Shown here piece after piece: positions 49,931 through 64,000 of a DNA stretch of 64,000 bases. The stretch lies in the NCBI RefSeq assembly GCF_964355755.1, contig NC_092671.1:27230070-27294069 (forward strand), written 5' to 3'. Position 1 is the first letter of the stretch; every line of letters begins with the position of its first letter. This stretch comes from Antedon mediterranea (Eukaryota; Animalia; Echinodermata). The notes under the pieces are model-generated. The model ran no database searches. It was not told the origin of the DNA and saw only the letters and a list, made by a program, of their open reading frames with translations. The translations under genes and the position numbers were made by a program.

Positions 49931-51024
49931 GGCTGGCCAAATGTCTAGCGCCCTCGGACCACAGACTGGCCGTGTGTTTCACGACCCCTTTAGGATTTGG
50001 TAGACTTTTTGTATGTTTTTTATCGTAAAATTAACTTCAAGTTGAATACTCCCTCATACTCCCTTCTTCGACGAATTCTAGTTCCTTTATTTTTCGCTTC
50101 AGCGAAATTGACTAGTTCGAATTGTTTCTACTTTTTGCGAAGCGAAATATTGCGCAACCAATCAGAGCTCAGGAAATAAGCTATGACGCTTTCATGAGCA
50201 CTCATGCGAATCAAAAAGCTCGGCAACTACGCGAGGAACATGAACGTCGCAGCTATTCGCTCATGTTAGTCCAGATCCCTATGTCAAAAAAAGTGCACAT
50301 GTGCAGATCATGGGAAAAGTGTAAACATTGTGTTTTCTGAATATTTGAATCATGCTGGTTATAAAAACCCATGTTGTCAAATTTCTAAAATTCATCTTTG
50401 ACCTCTGACCTCAATTTGATTGTTTTGACCCATTGAAAACAAAATGATCATATCTTTGCAAGGCTTACATTAAATGAAATAATGTTAGTGTCAACTTATT
50501 TGGGAGAAGCATATTAATATTTGTTCTAATGAAAAAGTTTGTCCAAAAATGGCTGGAAGTATGATTTTTGGCATATTTGACCTTTGACCTACATATCATA
50601 TAACTCCGTAACTAATAGTTGGACAAACTTTAAATAGGGCTCAAATTAATCTGAAGGTATATGTTTCTATTCAGTCTAATAAGAACTTTTTCAAGAAAAT
50701 GACCCGAAATATTTTTATTGACCTTTGACCTGTACTGGTAGTATATACTTCTATAATCTCAAAAACTATTGGCCGTAAAATGGTTGTTTTACATTTATAT
50801 GTTGTATAATAACAACATTTTATAGAAATGTAAAAGAATTTTATTTATGATCACTAACTTTGTAATTAATATTAACATCACTAGCATTTGTTATAATATT
50901 AAAAGGTGTCATATTTGCTGATTTTAAGCACTTCACATGAATTTATAAGAAAATATGTGTATTTAATATAAAGTTTATTTTTTTTTATATAAAGAAAATT
51001 AAATTATCTATCAAATAAGACTAT

Positions 51025-54000
51025 TTGGTTATCCGCACTTGGCGGATAATTGGTTATCCGCACTTGGCGGATAACCCCTTGTTATTGTCAGGATCTTTTT
51101 TTTTTTTAGGTTCGGGTAGCCCTTGTGATTGTAAATATCTTTTTTTCATCTTCATTAGTTATCCGCAACGAAGTTGCAGGATAACTCCTAGTGATTGTAC
51201 GAAGTCATCATCATCCTCTTTTTTTTCTTTATCTTCTTTCTTTCTCCTCCATTTTTGTGTCACGCGTATCTGTAAAACTTCCAAACATAACATTTCGTAA
51301 CTTTCTCAACATATCGTCACTCATATGAAGTTGTGCAGCGAAGCTTTTCAGCATGTTTACAATTGCGAAACGTGACTTACGCGCGATTTTATGAATTTAG
51401 CGTTTTAAACATAGGTAAAAAACCGAATAACGTTTTAAATTGAAACTTTGCAAAAGTTTAATTTATATCATGCGCTAACTTTCTGTTGAAAAAAAATTGC
51501 GTGTTTTACACAAAGTTACGCGCGCACGCGCATTTAAAATTTTAAAATGCGCAAAATTAATTTCTAATCATATTTTTACGCGTTTCATGACATTTTAAGC
51601 ATGTCAAAAATTCCCACGCGTGCGTAAATTTTTACGTGTGCGGTGCGCACGTAGCATTAAAAACATATTTTTTTTCCCGTGATTTGTGTTTTTCCAGCCT
51701 TTTTCTAGTAATTTTACCAACTTTTAAACAATTTCGACTTAAAGTTATGTCATACGAGCACGTCGAATTGGACAATTTGCACGCGGTTTTGATGAAAAAG
51801 TTAAAAAACTATGCCTTTTTTTAAACAGTCGTAATTTCTAAACTACACGGTCAACTTTTTGTGGATGACATATTGTGGAAGTTGATGAGTTGTAGATATC
51901 GGATCAAACATTAATGTGGTTAACCGGACATTGTGACGTCATCGTATGGCCACTCGAATATAAAATTTAGGATTTCTGTATCTTTCGTCATAGCACATCA
52001 CATTTAATAGAGCACATTTCCACTTATATGTTTTCCATTTTCACCCCGATTTTGATATTGTCTAGGTCAATCAACTATCTTTCGCATGAGTTAAAAATAT
52101 TTTAATTTTTCTGACGTCATCATGGAAAAAAATTTAAATTACGTGGGTGAATAATTTAATCTTTACAGTAAATTTCAATCTGTTATAGCTCGTAAAAATA
52201 AAATGTGATAATCACGATTAAAACGGTTTCTGGAAGCTATTGGATTGTAGATACGAGTTCATGTAAACATTTTGCCAATCAGATGCTGTGACGTCATCAT
52301 ATGGCCAGTTGAATAAAAAAAGACGTATTTTCATCTTTCGCGTCATAGTTCAACACATTTAAAAGAGCGCGCATCAATATTTCACGTATTCAAATTTTTT
52401 CAACACGTTAATATGTTGTTGCTGAGATCATTTCCTTCCGAAATTGCTATCTTAGTGTTTCATTTTGATACAGTCGGCTTTTTAAAAATTGGAATAAAGG
52501 GCGGGTCCCGTAATTTCACCTATTCTACACTGTATGTAATATGTATACAGATTATACTGTTTACACTGTATATATTAATATGACACAAAATTGACAGAAT
52601 TCAGCACTAACAACATACCATATTCTTCAGTTCAGGTCATAATCTTTTTCTGTGTGCAATTCAGGTCATATTGCCATAATCTTTTTCTGTGTGCAATATT
52701 CTAACGTATGACGTGCACGTGGCCTTTGTCGTGCGGATAACTAACTCGTCAAAGTGACGAGTTACATGTCTAGTCATCTTTGTTATTCTTCTTTCTTTCC
52801 CAGATTTTTGTCCGCAGCATATCCCCTATTGCTTGTCAACATAACTTTGTATAACTTGGTAAAAAGATTGACATTGAAGTGTAGATATGCAGCCAAGCTT
52901 TTTGACGATGTCAAAGATACGCGCGATTTTATGAATTTCTATAACTGATCATAACTTTAGAACCAACAAATATTCTTTCATTAAACTTAATCAAATTATA
53001 ATTAATATCATGGGTCAACTTTCTATGGATTAAAAATGGCATGTTTTACACGTGCATTTAAAATTTCAAAATGCGCAAAAATAATTTCTAATCAACTTTC
53101 TACGCTGATCATGACATTTTGAGCATGTCAAAAATTCTCCCGCGCGCAAAAAAAATTTCGCGTATGGTGTGCACGTAGCGATACAAAAATATTTTTTTCC
53201 CATGATTTATGTTTTCCAGCCTTTTCTAGTAATTTTACCAATTTTTAAACAATTTCGACTTAAAATTACGTCATAAGTTAAAGAGCACACCGAATTGGAC
53301 AATTTGCGAGCGTTTTTTATGAAAAAGTTTAAAAATTCGTCAAAATTATGCCTTTTTTTAAACAGTCATAGATTCTAAATTACGTGGTGAACTTTTTTTA
53401 AATTACATATTCTGGAAGTTGATGAGTTGTAGATATCGGATCATGCATTAATATGGCTAACTGGACATTGTGACGTCATCGTATGGCCACTCGAAAATAA
53501 AATATAGGATTTTTGTCTTTTTCGTCATAGCTCATCCCATTTAATAGAGCGCATCTGCAATTATCCTTATTCCATCTCCCTCCGTTTTTTATATTGTCTT
53601 GGTCAATCAATTATCTTTCGCATGATTTAACATTTTTAAAATTATGATAACGTCATCATGATTAAAAGCGTGAATAACGTGGGTCACTTATTTTCATCTT
53701 GACAGTAAATTCTAATCTGTTATAGCTCGTCAAAATAAAAAGTGATAATGATGATTAAAACGTTTTCTGGAAGCTATTGGATGTTAGATACGAATTCATG
53801 TGAATATTTCGCCAATCAGATGTTGTGACGTCATCATATGGCCAGTTGAATTCAAAATGTCATATTTTTTACCTCTTGGGTAAAAGTTCATTGCGTTTAA
53901 ACGAGAGCGCATCGTGCCCAAAATTCTTCAAATTTGTATTAATGTAATTATTTAGATAATTAGGCCAAAAAAAAAAAAAAAATTGTTTGCTGTCATCCGC

Positions 54001-55010
54001 CGCCCCTAATTTCGCCAAAAATTTGGGGCGGAGATAAGACAAAGTTTTTTTTTTACGTTGAGGGCGCTTTTAAAAAAAAAGTTTTTTTATGATTTTTTTT
54101 GGCCGAAAAGGTGTAAAAATCGAGTGTGCGAGGATGAAACAATAAAAATAATAACGTAGAGTATATTTCGGTGTATAATCGCACTTTTAACACGCAAATT
54201 TAATCTCTAAATTAAGGGTGCGTCTTATACACCGAACATAAATGCCTCAACACACAGATATCGCCACCTCGTTGGCTAGGCCTGGGCTTTTTAAGGTAAG
54301 GCCTAGGCTAGGCCTATAGTATTAGTATTACTAAAGTCTAAAGAGTAGGCCTAGCCTAGCTACAGTGTACTAGCGTAACAGCAACCTGCTAGTTTTCAAG
54401 GCATTTTAGCGTGATTTTGTACTAAATATGATGAAAAGATTTGTTCATTATGGAGAGTTATAGCATAGACCTAGCGTACACACTTCTAGGATATATAGAT
54501 ACTAATCGAATACGATTGTCCGTGAAAACGTGCGCCTCTCGATAAAAGGATCGAGCGAGGCTAGCCCACATACACGTGCGGTCATGCACTCGATGTTGCG
54601 GGTGCGAAACTCATGAATAACAAGTTAGAAAGAACTGACGGAATGGGGGAATTCCCTTCTCGTTGAGGCTGGGTGCGGCCGTCTTATACATCGACGATAT
54701 ACAAAATACCGATATTCTACTCTCAGTTAGGGGGTGCGTCTTATACACAGTGACAGGTGCGACTTATACACCGAAATATACGGTACACTAACTTCTAAAA
54801 TATTTAATTAGGCCTGCTAACAACGACCTACTGTGTAGTAGGCCTAGGCTAGTTTAGACACGGGGCCTAACGCTCCCAAAACAGAATTAAAGTGTGAAAC
54901 AAATTATGAATAGATGTTTGAGCTCGTTGTTTTATTCAGTGTGTTTTGTTACTCTCAAATTCGCGAACCTAGCTACAGTGTACTAGCGTAACAGCAACAG
55001 AGAAATTAAC

Positions 55011-55046
<36 letters not shown>

Positions 55047-55415
55047 TTCCACCTGCCCCCCCCCTACCAAAAAAAAAAAACTTGACAGCAAACAAACAAT
55101 TTTTTTTTTAGGCCTTATCTTCTAAAATAGTTATCTTTATATATCAATTTGATGACGTCATCGTGTTAATAATTTCATTTAAAAGAGGGTCTCATAATTT
55201 CGTCTATGCTACACTGTATATAACATAGTGTATTCTGTAAATACTGTAATATGCTGTATGCTACAAAATAGGTACAATTCAGCACTGTAAACATATTTAA
55301 TTCATGTCATAGGATGGCATAATAATTGTCGGCGTTCATATATTTTAAACGTATGTGCATGTTGCGTTTGCGCGGATAACCCGAACTCGTCAAAGGGACG
55401 AGTTCAAATCTAGTT
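51025..55415 (+). mobile_element. Two nested long HINE-like elements (inner about 51154-52774)
   Basis: 5' GTTATCCGCA...GGATAAC; 3' GCGGATAAC + hairpin AACTCGTCAAAG(T/G)GACGAGTT + CTAGT at 52774 and 55414; paralogous bodies of about 1.5 kb. Confidence 0.75.
53961..55118. mobile_element. MITE (GGCC-A-tract TIR) containing a nested MITE at about 54160-54783
   Basis: TAGGCCAAAA...ATTGTTTGCTGTCA and TGACAGCAAAC...TTTTAGGCC; inner TIR GTATATTTCGGTGTATAA and TTATACACCGAAATATAC. Confidence 0.7.
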
Positions 55416-57267
55416 TCCAATTATTATGGCTAAAACTTAATTAGATACAGGCAAAAAAGTGTATTATTACTTATGTGAACAGCGCCCTCAATCTTAATTT
55501 TTTCCCAAAAAATACCACATTTTTATGTGTTTTCCTGAACTTAACAGGTTATAACTTTGTTTTAAAGTGATTTTATATGCATATTTATTGTCACATATAT
55601 ATATAATAATTTCATAAAGTGGAAAAAATAGAAAATGTTGACATGGAAAAGGCCAGGTGAAGTGCGACATTCAACGAACCCCGAACTTTTGTACGTATCA
55701 TGCTTTACCACTCTGCCACAATGAGGGTTTCATGATGACAAACGATCGGAAGCAACCTTGAATTTTGTATTCATCATATAATAAAAAAAAGCGAATTACC
55801 TTGTCCTCATTACGTTATAAGTACATTAGTTTATTCGCATTCATTTAAAATCTGTTTCTCGCATTACAATTGCTTCATTGCTATTATTACGTATTAATCA
55901 GAGAATGAATGATTAATGGTTATAGATAGTACAGAGTTAGCTAACTCATTGAGTTACAGCGATGTACTTTCCCCAGCATTTTTCATTTTTATGTTGTGTA
56001 TGTTTGTATTGATATCGCTCTGATCAATTGGATAAATGAAACGACGAAATCTTACAATATTACAATTTATAATTTATACTTTACTTACAAATTGATTTGT
56101 ATGAAATGTGGGCAGTCGACATCTTTCTTCTAACTTTTTCAGTTAACAAAATTATTTTTTTATGTATCTAGTTCTCAATTTACATAAAAATATAGGTTTG
56201 GTAGCTTTCACCATTTACCCAGTTAAGTTGGCTTCACAAACCAACTTTATCGTTTAGTACCACCAAAAATGAACTCACATTTAAGGTTAGTCATGTTACA
56301 CAATCGAAGACAATTCTTAACGAACACCTTAGTAGGCTATTTGGTGCTGAATAGGTTTTCGATTCCAGTTCTGCGACGTAGAAGAGGAGGATCCCATATG
56401 TATGTGTATGTATGTCTGTCTGTCTGCGGGATGTCTGTACTATAGACGCATTCTGTTCAAGAAACGTTCTGACACAAATACTATTTCATTCAAATATTCA
56501 TTTTATTAATAAATAACAATTTATATATTATACTGTACATCACTTTAAATAAATAATTTACCATAAATACACAACTAAACACACTTAATTCCACTTTCAA
56601 CATAACATTTCCGCTTTTTCAGTGTTTGTGGATATTTAACGTTTTTTTTCGAATGATAAGGTATCTTTTGAAAAAAAGATGAATTAAATTAAATTCACAG
56701 AAGGGATAATTTGCGATTTTCAAACAGTCTTGCATTATTTCATAATCCTTATTAGCGAGATAATAGACAGAAAATACATTCTTATAATATTTATATCCCT
56801 CCAACCTGTTTGCGTTGAGTTCTCTTATATTTTACTACCCTAGTAAATAAAATTATCACAGCAGAGATAAGTAAAGTAGTAGGAATAACTAAATATTTGT
56901 CTGTTTTTTTATGTTTCTTCAAAAAATAGTATCAATTATTAATAATGTTTGATCAAGCCCAGCGGCCACCTTGTACAGAACTTCTCTATAAGATGCACCT
57001 TCACTGCCACCTGTAGTACGCCCTCTAGCTTCGGCTTAATATTATCTCTATGATTTATCCATAGAATAATATTAATTATATAGTGGCTTGTTTCGATTTT
57101 TTTGTTTGCACCCTGAAAGAACATATGGACCTGTTTCTGATGCGAAAAAATAACCGGTTATTAACTGCGCGAATAAATTAACCCCAATTTCTTGGCAGCA
57201 GAACAGAAAATCAGATAAATGGCGGCCTGAAATTAATGGTTAAAAACACCCAATCGATTCAGTGTTA

Positions 57268-59997
57268 AGGCCCGGTCACACCTAACCGATAGCTATCAGA
57301 CGTGAAATTATAATATCTGTCGTGACTTATCGTTCTCAATCGCGGTCACACTTCAACTGAAATCGTTTCGTTGTGATGACGGTTAGAAAAACTTGTTGTT
57401 GTATGTACCTATATTAAATTTAAAATTACATGATGGCAGACGACAGCGAAGAAGTACTTCTGATGTATTTGTTATTAAGACAAAAATGTCGACAAAAAAG
57501 ACGTAGATTGTGGGTACACCCAATCAATGAATATACAGTCAGTGAATTGACGCGCTGAGTGTGTGGCAACTCGGGCAGCTGAGGAAAGGATTGTTTAGGG
57601 GTGGAAGACCATCTAATCTCCTGGATCTATGCTTTTCTATGTGATAGAAAACAACGTGTTAAACTAGGCGATGAATTGTCCCCTTGGACAGTCATTAAGG
57701 GCGGTATCCCCCAGGGATCCTGGTTGGGGCCCATGTTGTTTATCATCTTTGTCGACGATCTTCTGGATGGGGTGCCGTGCATGAAATACATGGACGACAC
57801 CTCCATCCATGAACGAGTCGGCAAAGATGGGGCAACTGTACTCCAAACCACTCTTGACGAAACTGTCCAGTGGGCTAAGGATAACAATAAGTCCCTTAAT
57901 ATTAAGAAAATGAAAGAGATGAGAATTAGTTGTAAAAGGTCAAAGACTGCTTTTGAGCCACTTCATGTTGGAGATTGTAATCTGGAACGTGTTGACGAAT
58001 TTAAACTCCTTGGTGTAATTATTTCTCATAATTTGTCATGGCAACCTCATATTGACAAAATGATTAGTAAATGTAATTCTAGAATGTACTTTCTCAAACA
58101 GGTGCGGAGGGCAGGCCTGGATGCCTCCGCACTTGTCCAATTTTATACTAGTATCATTAGACCAATATTAGAATATGCGGCCCCAGTTTGGGGATCAAAT
58201 ATTACGAAGCAACAGAGTCAACAACTTGAACAAATTCAGAGAAGGGCCTTTAAATGTATTTTTCCGCATGCTACTTATTCCGATGCCCGCAGCTTCCTTG
58301 GTTTTTCTACCTTAGAAGACCGCCGTGTTCGACTGTGCAAGGATTTTTTCGTTAAAATCAAAGACCCCAGTCACAGATTGAATCATTTGTTACCGGAGGC
58401 TCCTTCTGCTGCTTATAATCTTAGAACACTCTGTGAGTTCTGTATCCCTAGAGTTAAAACTAACCGTTCAAAAACGTTTATTATTAATCACGGACTATTC
58501 CAAAAATGGTAAACATTTAGTGTTATGTTTCCGCGACCTTCCGTACCATTGTGTGTAAATATTTTAGAAAATGTTTGAAAATTTTTTTAGTTTTTAACAT
58601 TTTTTAAATTTGTAAAAATTTTTTAAACTTTTACATTTTTATAATGCAGGCATATATCAATATTCTGATGTTTTCAGTTAAACTTGTTTTTAACATTTTG
58701 AATATATATTTATTGTTCTTATAATAAGTGACATTTAATTGTAATTTTGTTTTAATATTTTGATTGTATGTTCTACCTTTCTTTGTCTTTTATATTTTTA
58801 TATTGCATTTTATTTTTCTGAGTGAAACGCTTTTGTTAAATTTCAATCTTTCGTTTGATTGCAATAAAGTTTTATTCGATTCATTACGAATACGAATTCG
58901 TATTCGTAATGAATCTAGGCCAATGTATGGGGAATTCCATACATTGTTTAGAGAATTGTCTTCTCATGAAGACAAATTTTATGAATACTTCAGAATGTCA
59001 GAGCAACAGTTCTATACTATTTTAGACTTGGTACGAAGTAAAATACAAACCTTTTTTTAGAAAGAGTGTAAGTGCTAAAAAAAAAGGCTAGCAATATGTC
59101 TTAGGTAAGTATATATAATTCTTAAATATAATAAATTAATTGAGCACTAATCATAATTAGTTAATACTACAGGCCCCTTAGCTAGAGCAGGCCTCTCTAG
59201 TAACCCCACATTTTCGGTATTAATATTGCTGTGAGATGGCCACCATGGCAAAGGGATGATTGTTTGGAAAAGCAATTTAATTATTTATAATGAAATAAAG
59301 TAGTAGATGAAATGAGAAACATTAATTATTGTTATTAATGCAATATTACTACTAGTATTTTTATTATTTTTCATTCTATAAACCATATTCTGTGGCCTAA
59401 GCTTACTAGTTAGGCCAAGCTGGTCCACAACATGATAATTGGTTCACTGCCTGCCGTAGTTGTACCTGTGCACGCGCGCTGACTGACATCTGCGGACTAC
59501 CCGTCTACTATTACATAGTACTAGACCTAGGGCTTAGAAATTACAGACGCGCCAAGCCTGGAATAATAGCTGTTAGTTAATCACTTACCAGTCATTCCAA
59601 CCCTCTCGCCAATCTCGTTTCATAAATTATTTTTAGAAAATTTTGTTTTTGTATTTGGCTTGTCCCTTTCCTCATACAGAATTGTGTTTAGTTGAACGTT
59701 CAAAATAAGTGTTTCCAAAACAATGTCTGATGTTGTGGCAGCCATTGCGACGTCATAGTAGTACGTATACGTACGTGTAGTGACAGGTATAACGTACCAT
59801 CATCTGATTGCCTAAAAAACAAAATTATCGGGCAATACGAAAAAAAACATCGCTATAGAAGCCATTCGACCGATTTGGCTCCCAATGACCGTCTCGATTA
59901 TCGCGCTAGTGTGACCGCCCCCGCTGTTATGCACTATACCGATATTTTTGTATCGATATCGGTCTAATTAATATTAGGTAAGGGGTGACCAGACCTT
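57268..59997. mobile_element. PIF/Harbinger internal-deletion derivative
   Basis: TIRs AGGCCCGGTCACACCT and AGGGGTGACCAGACCT in TTA/TAA context; transposase exon 1 on + (MMADD...RRLWVHPINE|SRPMYGEFHTL...FYEYFRMS...RLAICLR gtaagt, 57430-59104); MADF-like exon on - (59745-59589). Confidence 0.85.
57533..58907 (+). mobile_element. 5'-truncated CR1/L2-group LINE inserted into the Harbinger transposase
   Basis: ORF 57601-58512 (GIPQGSWLGP, YMDD, FKLLG, LEYAAPVW); AATAAA; TSD AATGAAT at 57526 and 58908. Confidence 0.93.
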
Positions 59998-60994
59998 TAG
60001 AATGCCATTTAACCGGTTATTGCTGTGTAACTTTTAGCTGCAACGCAAATTACCAGTTATTTGATTGACAGGAACTGACCTTGTATCAACTACTGTATAC
60101 TGTAGTAACGTTTGAATTGACTTCCAGAATCCATTGTATTTTGGGTACTGCTAACGATTTCTGTCAACACCCGGCAATTGATTTAAACGGTTATTAAGGA
60201 ACAGAAATTGAGCAGATCTGCAATCAATATATAAATTATATTTTAAATCAATTTTGAAATAAACGGTTTATTTGGTCCTATGTAGCAGAAAGAGACCCTA
60301 TGAGATACCATCCACAAATTCCAATCTAATTAAGGCAATAAAATGTCTTGGTTTTATAGTCTCTTTATGAATTAAATTCTGGGTTAAACATGTCTGTATT
60401 GGACAAAACCCACATCCTGTTGTTTTTAATGGGAAAATTTCAATTCAAAGAGTAAACAGGTGGAATTAGTAACTTTTGAAAATACAGTAAAACTTAAAAT
60501 TTAATCATTTCTTAAGACCATTATTAATATTATATTGTAGAATTATTTTTTTGGTTAATATTGTTATTAGTCATCCAAGTTAACACCACTATGTTCCATC
60601 ATTCAAAGTCACACATTCTCTGAACAAAAATTATACAGTCTGCAGGAGTGGATCCAGCAGGATTACATTACTTACTATACACCCTGCGAACAAGGCTTTA
60701 ATATTTTCCCGACCTTAATACATACTGATACTATTAAATTGATTGTACACAAATTTCAGACTAATAAATGCTTGATTACTTTGAACTAGTTTTAGTGATG
60801 ATAGAAAACTGTAATTCCTGATTCATACAATTAACACATTTTCTCATAATTACCTTAATTAACAATAATACCTGTTTTAGTACTTCAAGTGAGAAAAGGA
60901 ATCCATGTTCCTCCTAATTATATTAATTACAGTACGTTCATAAAATGCATTTACTCCTAATTATCACCACAGCACTATACAGTATATTATTTAA

Positions 60995-62130
60995 AATGGA
61001 CCTGAAATGGACTTTCGATTTTCAAGAAATTCACACATGTTATTTAAATGTATCAAATTAACACAAACCCATACAAATAAAAAAAAAAAAGTATACTATT
61101 TTGAGTAAAAACGAAATTTTAAGATACCATGGTAAATTAGCGAAAATTACTCACGCCATTGCAATATTCTATTTCAACGGCCGTCGGAAGCCTCTATATT
61201 CACGAAGTCACATATCACACGATGATATCGAGAGCGTGTATGCCGCCCGATAGTCAGTGAATGATCGACGGCCTGGAAAGATACGCGAAGCGTTGACACT
61301 AATACTAATTTATTCAATATCTAATGTTGTTGAAATATAGGTCCCTAAAATGTACTTCGTTTGTTCTAAAACCAGAATTTAGAAGGCCTACCTACCAAAC
61401 CTTTACTAGGTCTATTAACTAGGTCTACTATCCAGCGCGCGGAGTCGATCTACCACCCACTTCATGCGGCGAGGCTCCGTTTCATGTGCATCCAAGGACC
61501 AAAGCGATATCAAGAACTTGCTGCGCTCATTGTCAAGCCAAAGTAAAATATGAATAAAAATTGTTTTCCAACTGCCTGATTCGTGACAAATAAATTATCA
61601 TCTCATATTACTAATTTAATTCTGCTAAACTAAAAACTAAAGAAACTAACACATTTTAGCAGTATAAATTACGAACGATATACAAAATACACGAACGGAA
61701 AATATGGATACGCATCATTGTGCACGGAGCTGTATCCCAGGACAACGTTGCCAGACCAACTTCGGTATTGCCAGAAAAAAACCGTTGATTTTAAGATTTT
61801 AAATCGTCATTTACTCGCTGAATAACCGTTTATACGGTAATAATTTTATCTAAAAAAATTCTAAATACGTTTCTGCAAATGCACAAGCATTTTTTAGAAA
61901 ATACTCCATAGATTTCAAGAGTTATAGCCAAAAAACTGCAAATTGTCCATTGGAGGGATAGGAATATATTCGCAAAGTGACGTCACCCGCAAATTTTTTT
62001 GATTTTCAAATGGGGCTTTCCCCAAAAGGGCCAATTTATATTTTGTAACAATATACATTCTAGCAACACCTAATAGCCCCAAAACATCATTCTAAAATGA
62101 AAAAAATTGAAAATCCATTTCAGGTCCATT
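60995..62130. mobile_element. TTAA-targeting non-autonomous DNA transposon (Kolobok-like ends)
   Basis: TIR AATGGACCTGAAATGGA and TCCATTTCAGGTCCATT, each flanked by TTAA; purine-purine start argues against piggyBac. Confidence 0.75.
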
Positions 62131-62277
62131 TTAAAAGAGATACCTAATTGAAAAAGATGAGCTTTAAACAAAAACATGGAACAAAGTTAGCCTCCTGGTG
62201 GTACAGTAGCTTGGGTTTCAACTTCATAAACTGATATACTACATACAGTACATACCTATACATAGTCACATTTGTTT

Positions 62278-62373
62278 GTCGACAGGGGACTGTCAGACAG
62301 GGGACGGTCAGACAGGGGACGGTCAGACAGGGACGGTCAGACAGGGGACAGTCAGACAGGGAACGGTCAGACA
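62278..62373. repeat. Minisatellite, about 15-bp unit GTCAGACAGGGGACG
   Basis: Six or seven tandem units visible. Confidence 0.85.
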
Positions 62374-64000
62374 AAAGAAAATGGTATTTGATACAAAATA
62401 TAATTCTATGAATGCATAACTTATGAGCCCAGTATACTCCGTTCATTACTGCAACTATGTATTTGGTTGATTAAATATTTGATCCAATAGACAGAACAAC
62501 ATTTATTTCAACAATGGTAGGCGTAATTTAAATTTCATTTTTAGTTGTGGTAAACTTATTAATTAAAACATTTTAATTAACTACAGTATGTGTAGGTTGT
62601 GAATTTGCTATTAAGAAACTTCTCATGCACAGGGTCTAAGGAAAATGTGTGGGAGGCAGGGATGTCACCACGGTGGTCGGCGATGGACGGGCCCGTCCAC
62701 CACTCGGAATTTCCAAGCACTATTTTCATGATGCCGACCACCACTATATTTACACATAGCCTATTGTTCGTAACTTACTACACTACGATACGATGTATTG
62801 TTATTATAATTATCAACGCGTCGATCATAGGGCGGTTCGTAGAGTTAATAAACAACATTGTCATCGCCTTTAGAAAACGCATGGACAATGCAAATTAACA
62901 ATGTACTGTTCACTAATTAAAATCGGCACCGCCTAAAAATCCTACCTAAGGCTAGGCCTAGTAGGAGACGACACATTAGCGTAATTTAGCCCGACGAGAC
63001 GACATCGTGCGCCGAATCGACATCGGAGTGGAGTCTAGTTTCGGCGGCCTTTAGGCTTACGCTAAATTTTTTAATCCTACCTTGGCTTAGCGAATTATAA
63101 ATATGCCGACGTAAACATAAACAAAATATATGCAAAATCAATATATTCCATGTTAAGATTTAACATAGGCCTGGCCTATTCAATTATTACAACATGTCAC
63201 TGTAATAAAATGGCTCTAGTATTCTGAAGCTAACCCCGACCATAATTAATTTTGAGTGAAAAAAAACATGTGCTACGTGTGGTGGGAACATGCAGTTAAT
63301 TTAGAGTAGAGAGAGTATCGCGTTTCATGTCATGTGACACAAAATCTACAGTAGGTACACGATCTTCGTCGCGTTATTTCCAGGCCTGCCATTGAGCCAC
63401 AAACAAAATCTAGGTCTGTGCGCGCGATCGACGTTCCGATACTATATTTAGAATGTTAACGATCTTTTGTTGTCGGCATCGTTTCTGGATCGACCTATTC
63501 AGTACTACTACTAGTTGTGGTTCACCGTGTGGTGCCATCATGCCTCTACCGTGGGAAATTTCTATTTATATATATTCGCCGTCGAGTCGAGTAGATAAAA
63601 AAAACACCACGAAAAAACGGTTACAATTGATATTTATTAATAAATGCTTCCTAGTAATTTACAACTTAGTCCTCCGTCACATTAATTTAATTTGCACACC
63701 TTGTTATCTCACAAAAAACATCGTAGATTCGTAATGCACTTTTTCCAACCTTATTATGAAATGCGTGGGTTTGGCGGAGTAGCCGGTCAAGCGCCCCCCT
63801 TCCCGATTTTTTTTGGGGGGGGGGGGGGAAGATCGCCGACCACCACTCATGACATGCTGGTGACATCCCTGGGAGGGAGATGACAGCTGTCGCTTGTGTC
63901 TCAAAATAATCATCACACTCTGTTAATTACCATCCCCTCTGTTTGCCATCCCAATGGGAAAGCTTTTTATTAATTATTAACTGGGCAACAACAGTACACA

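Noticed and set aside
55650-55725. Minus-strand tRNA gene
   Set aside because: Only A-box and B-box-like remnants; no cloverleaf.
57122-60302. Outer MITE enclosing the Harbinger
   Set aside because: Putative TIRs (GGACCTGTTTCTG and CAGAAAGAGACCC) are too degenerate to call.

Overview
AT-rich, intron-containing animal DNA, most likely from a marine invertebrate (inferred from the TE repertoire and lectin type; taxon not provable from sequence). The only host genes I can support are two tandem paralogues on the + strand (540-4086 and 26502-39874). Each has four exons with phase-1 introns and encodes signal peptide + C-type lectin domain (QPN motif) + a Cys-rich PAN/Apple-like C-terminal module. 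Each has one lesion: copy 1 lost the AG acceptor of its last exon, and copy 2 has CAG>TAG at the Q of QPN. The rest is nested mobile DNA: several LINEs (a long EN-RT ORF, L2/Crack-like copies, an L1/Tx1 in a lectin intron), and a (TA)n-anchored nest of Penelope-like pieces with three type I hammerhead ribozymes and a tRNA-bearing element. A 6.5 kb 37-bp satellite appears to be the amplified 3' stem-loop of the LINE it sits in. Also present: tRNA-derived SINEs, two Helitrons, nested Helentron-associated (HINE/DINE-1-like) elements, elements with a long terminal hairpin, a Harbinger derivative and several MITEs or excision footprints. All calls come from reading the sequence by eye; no searches were run.
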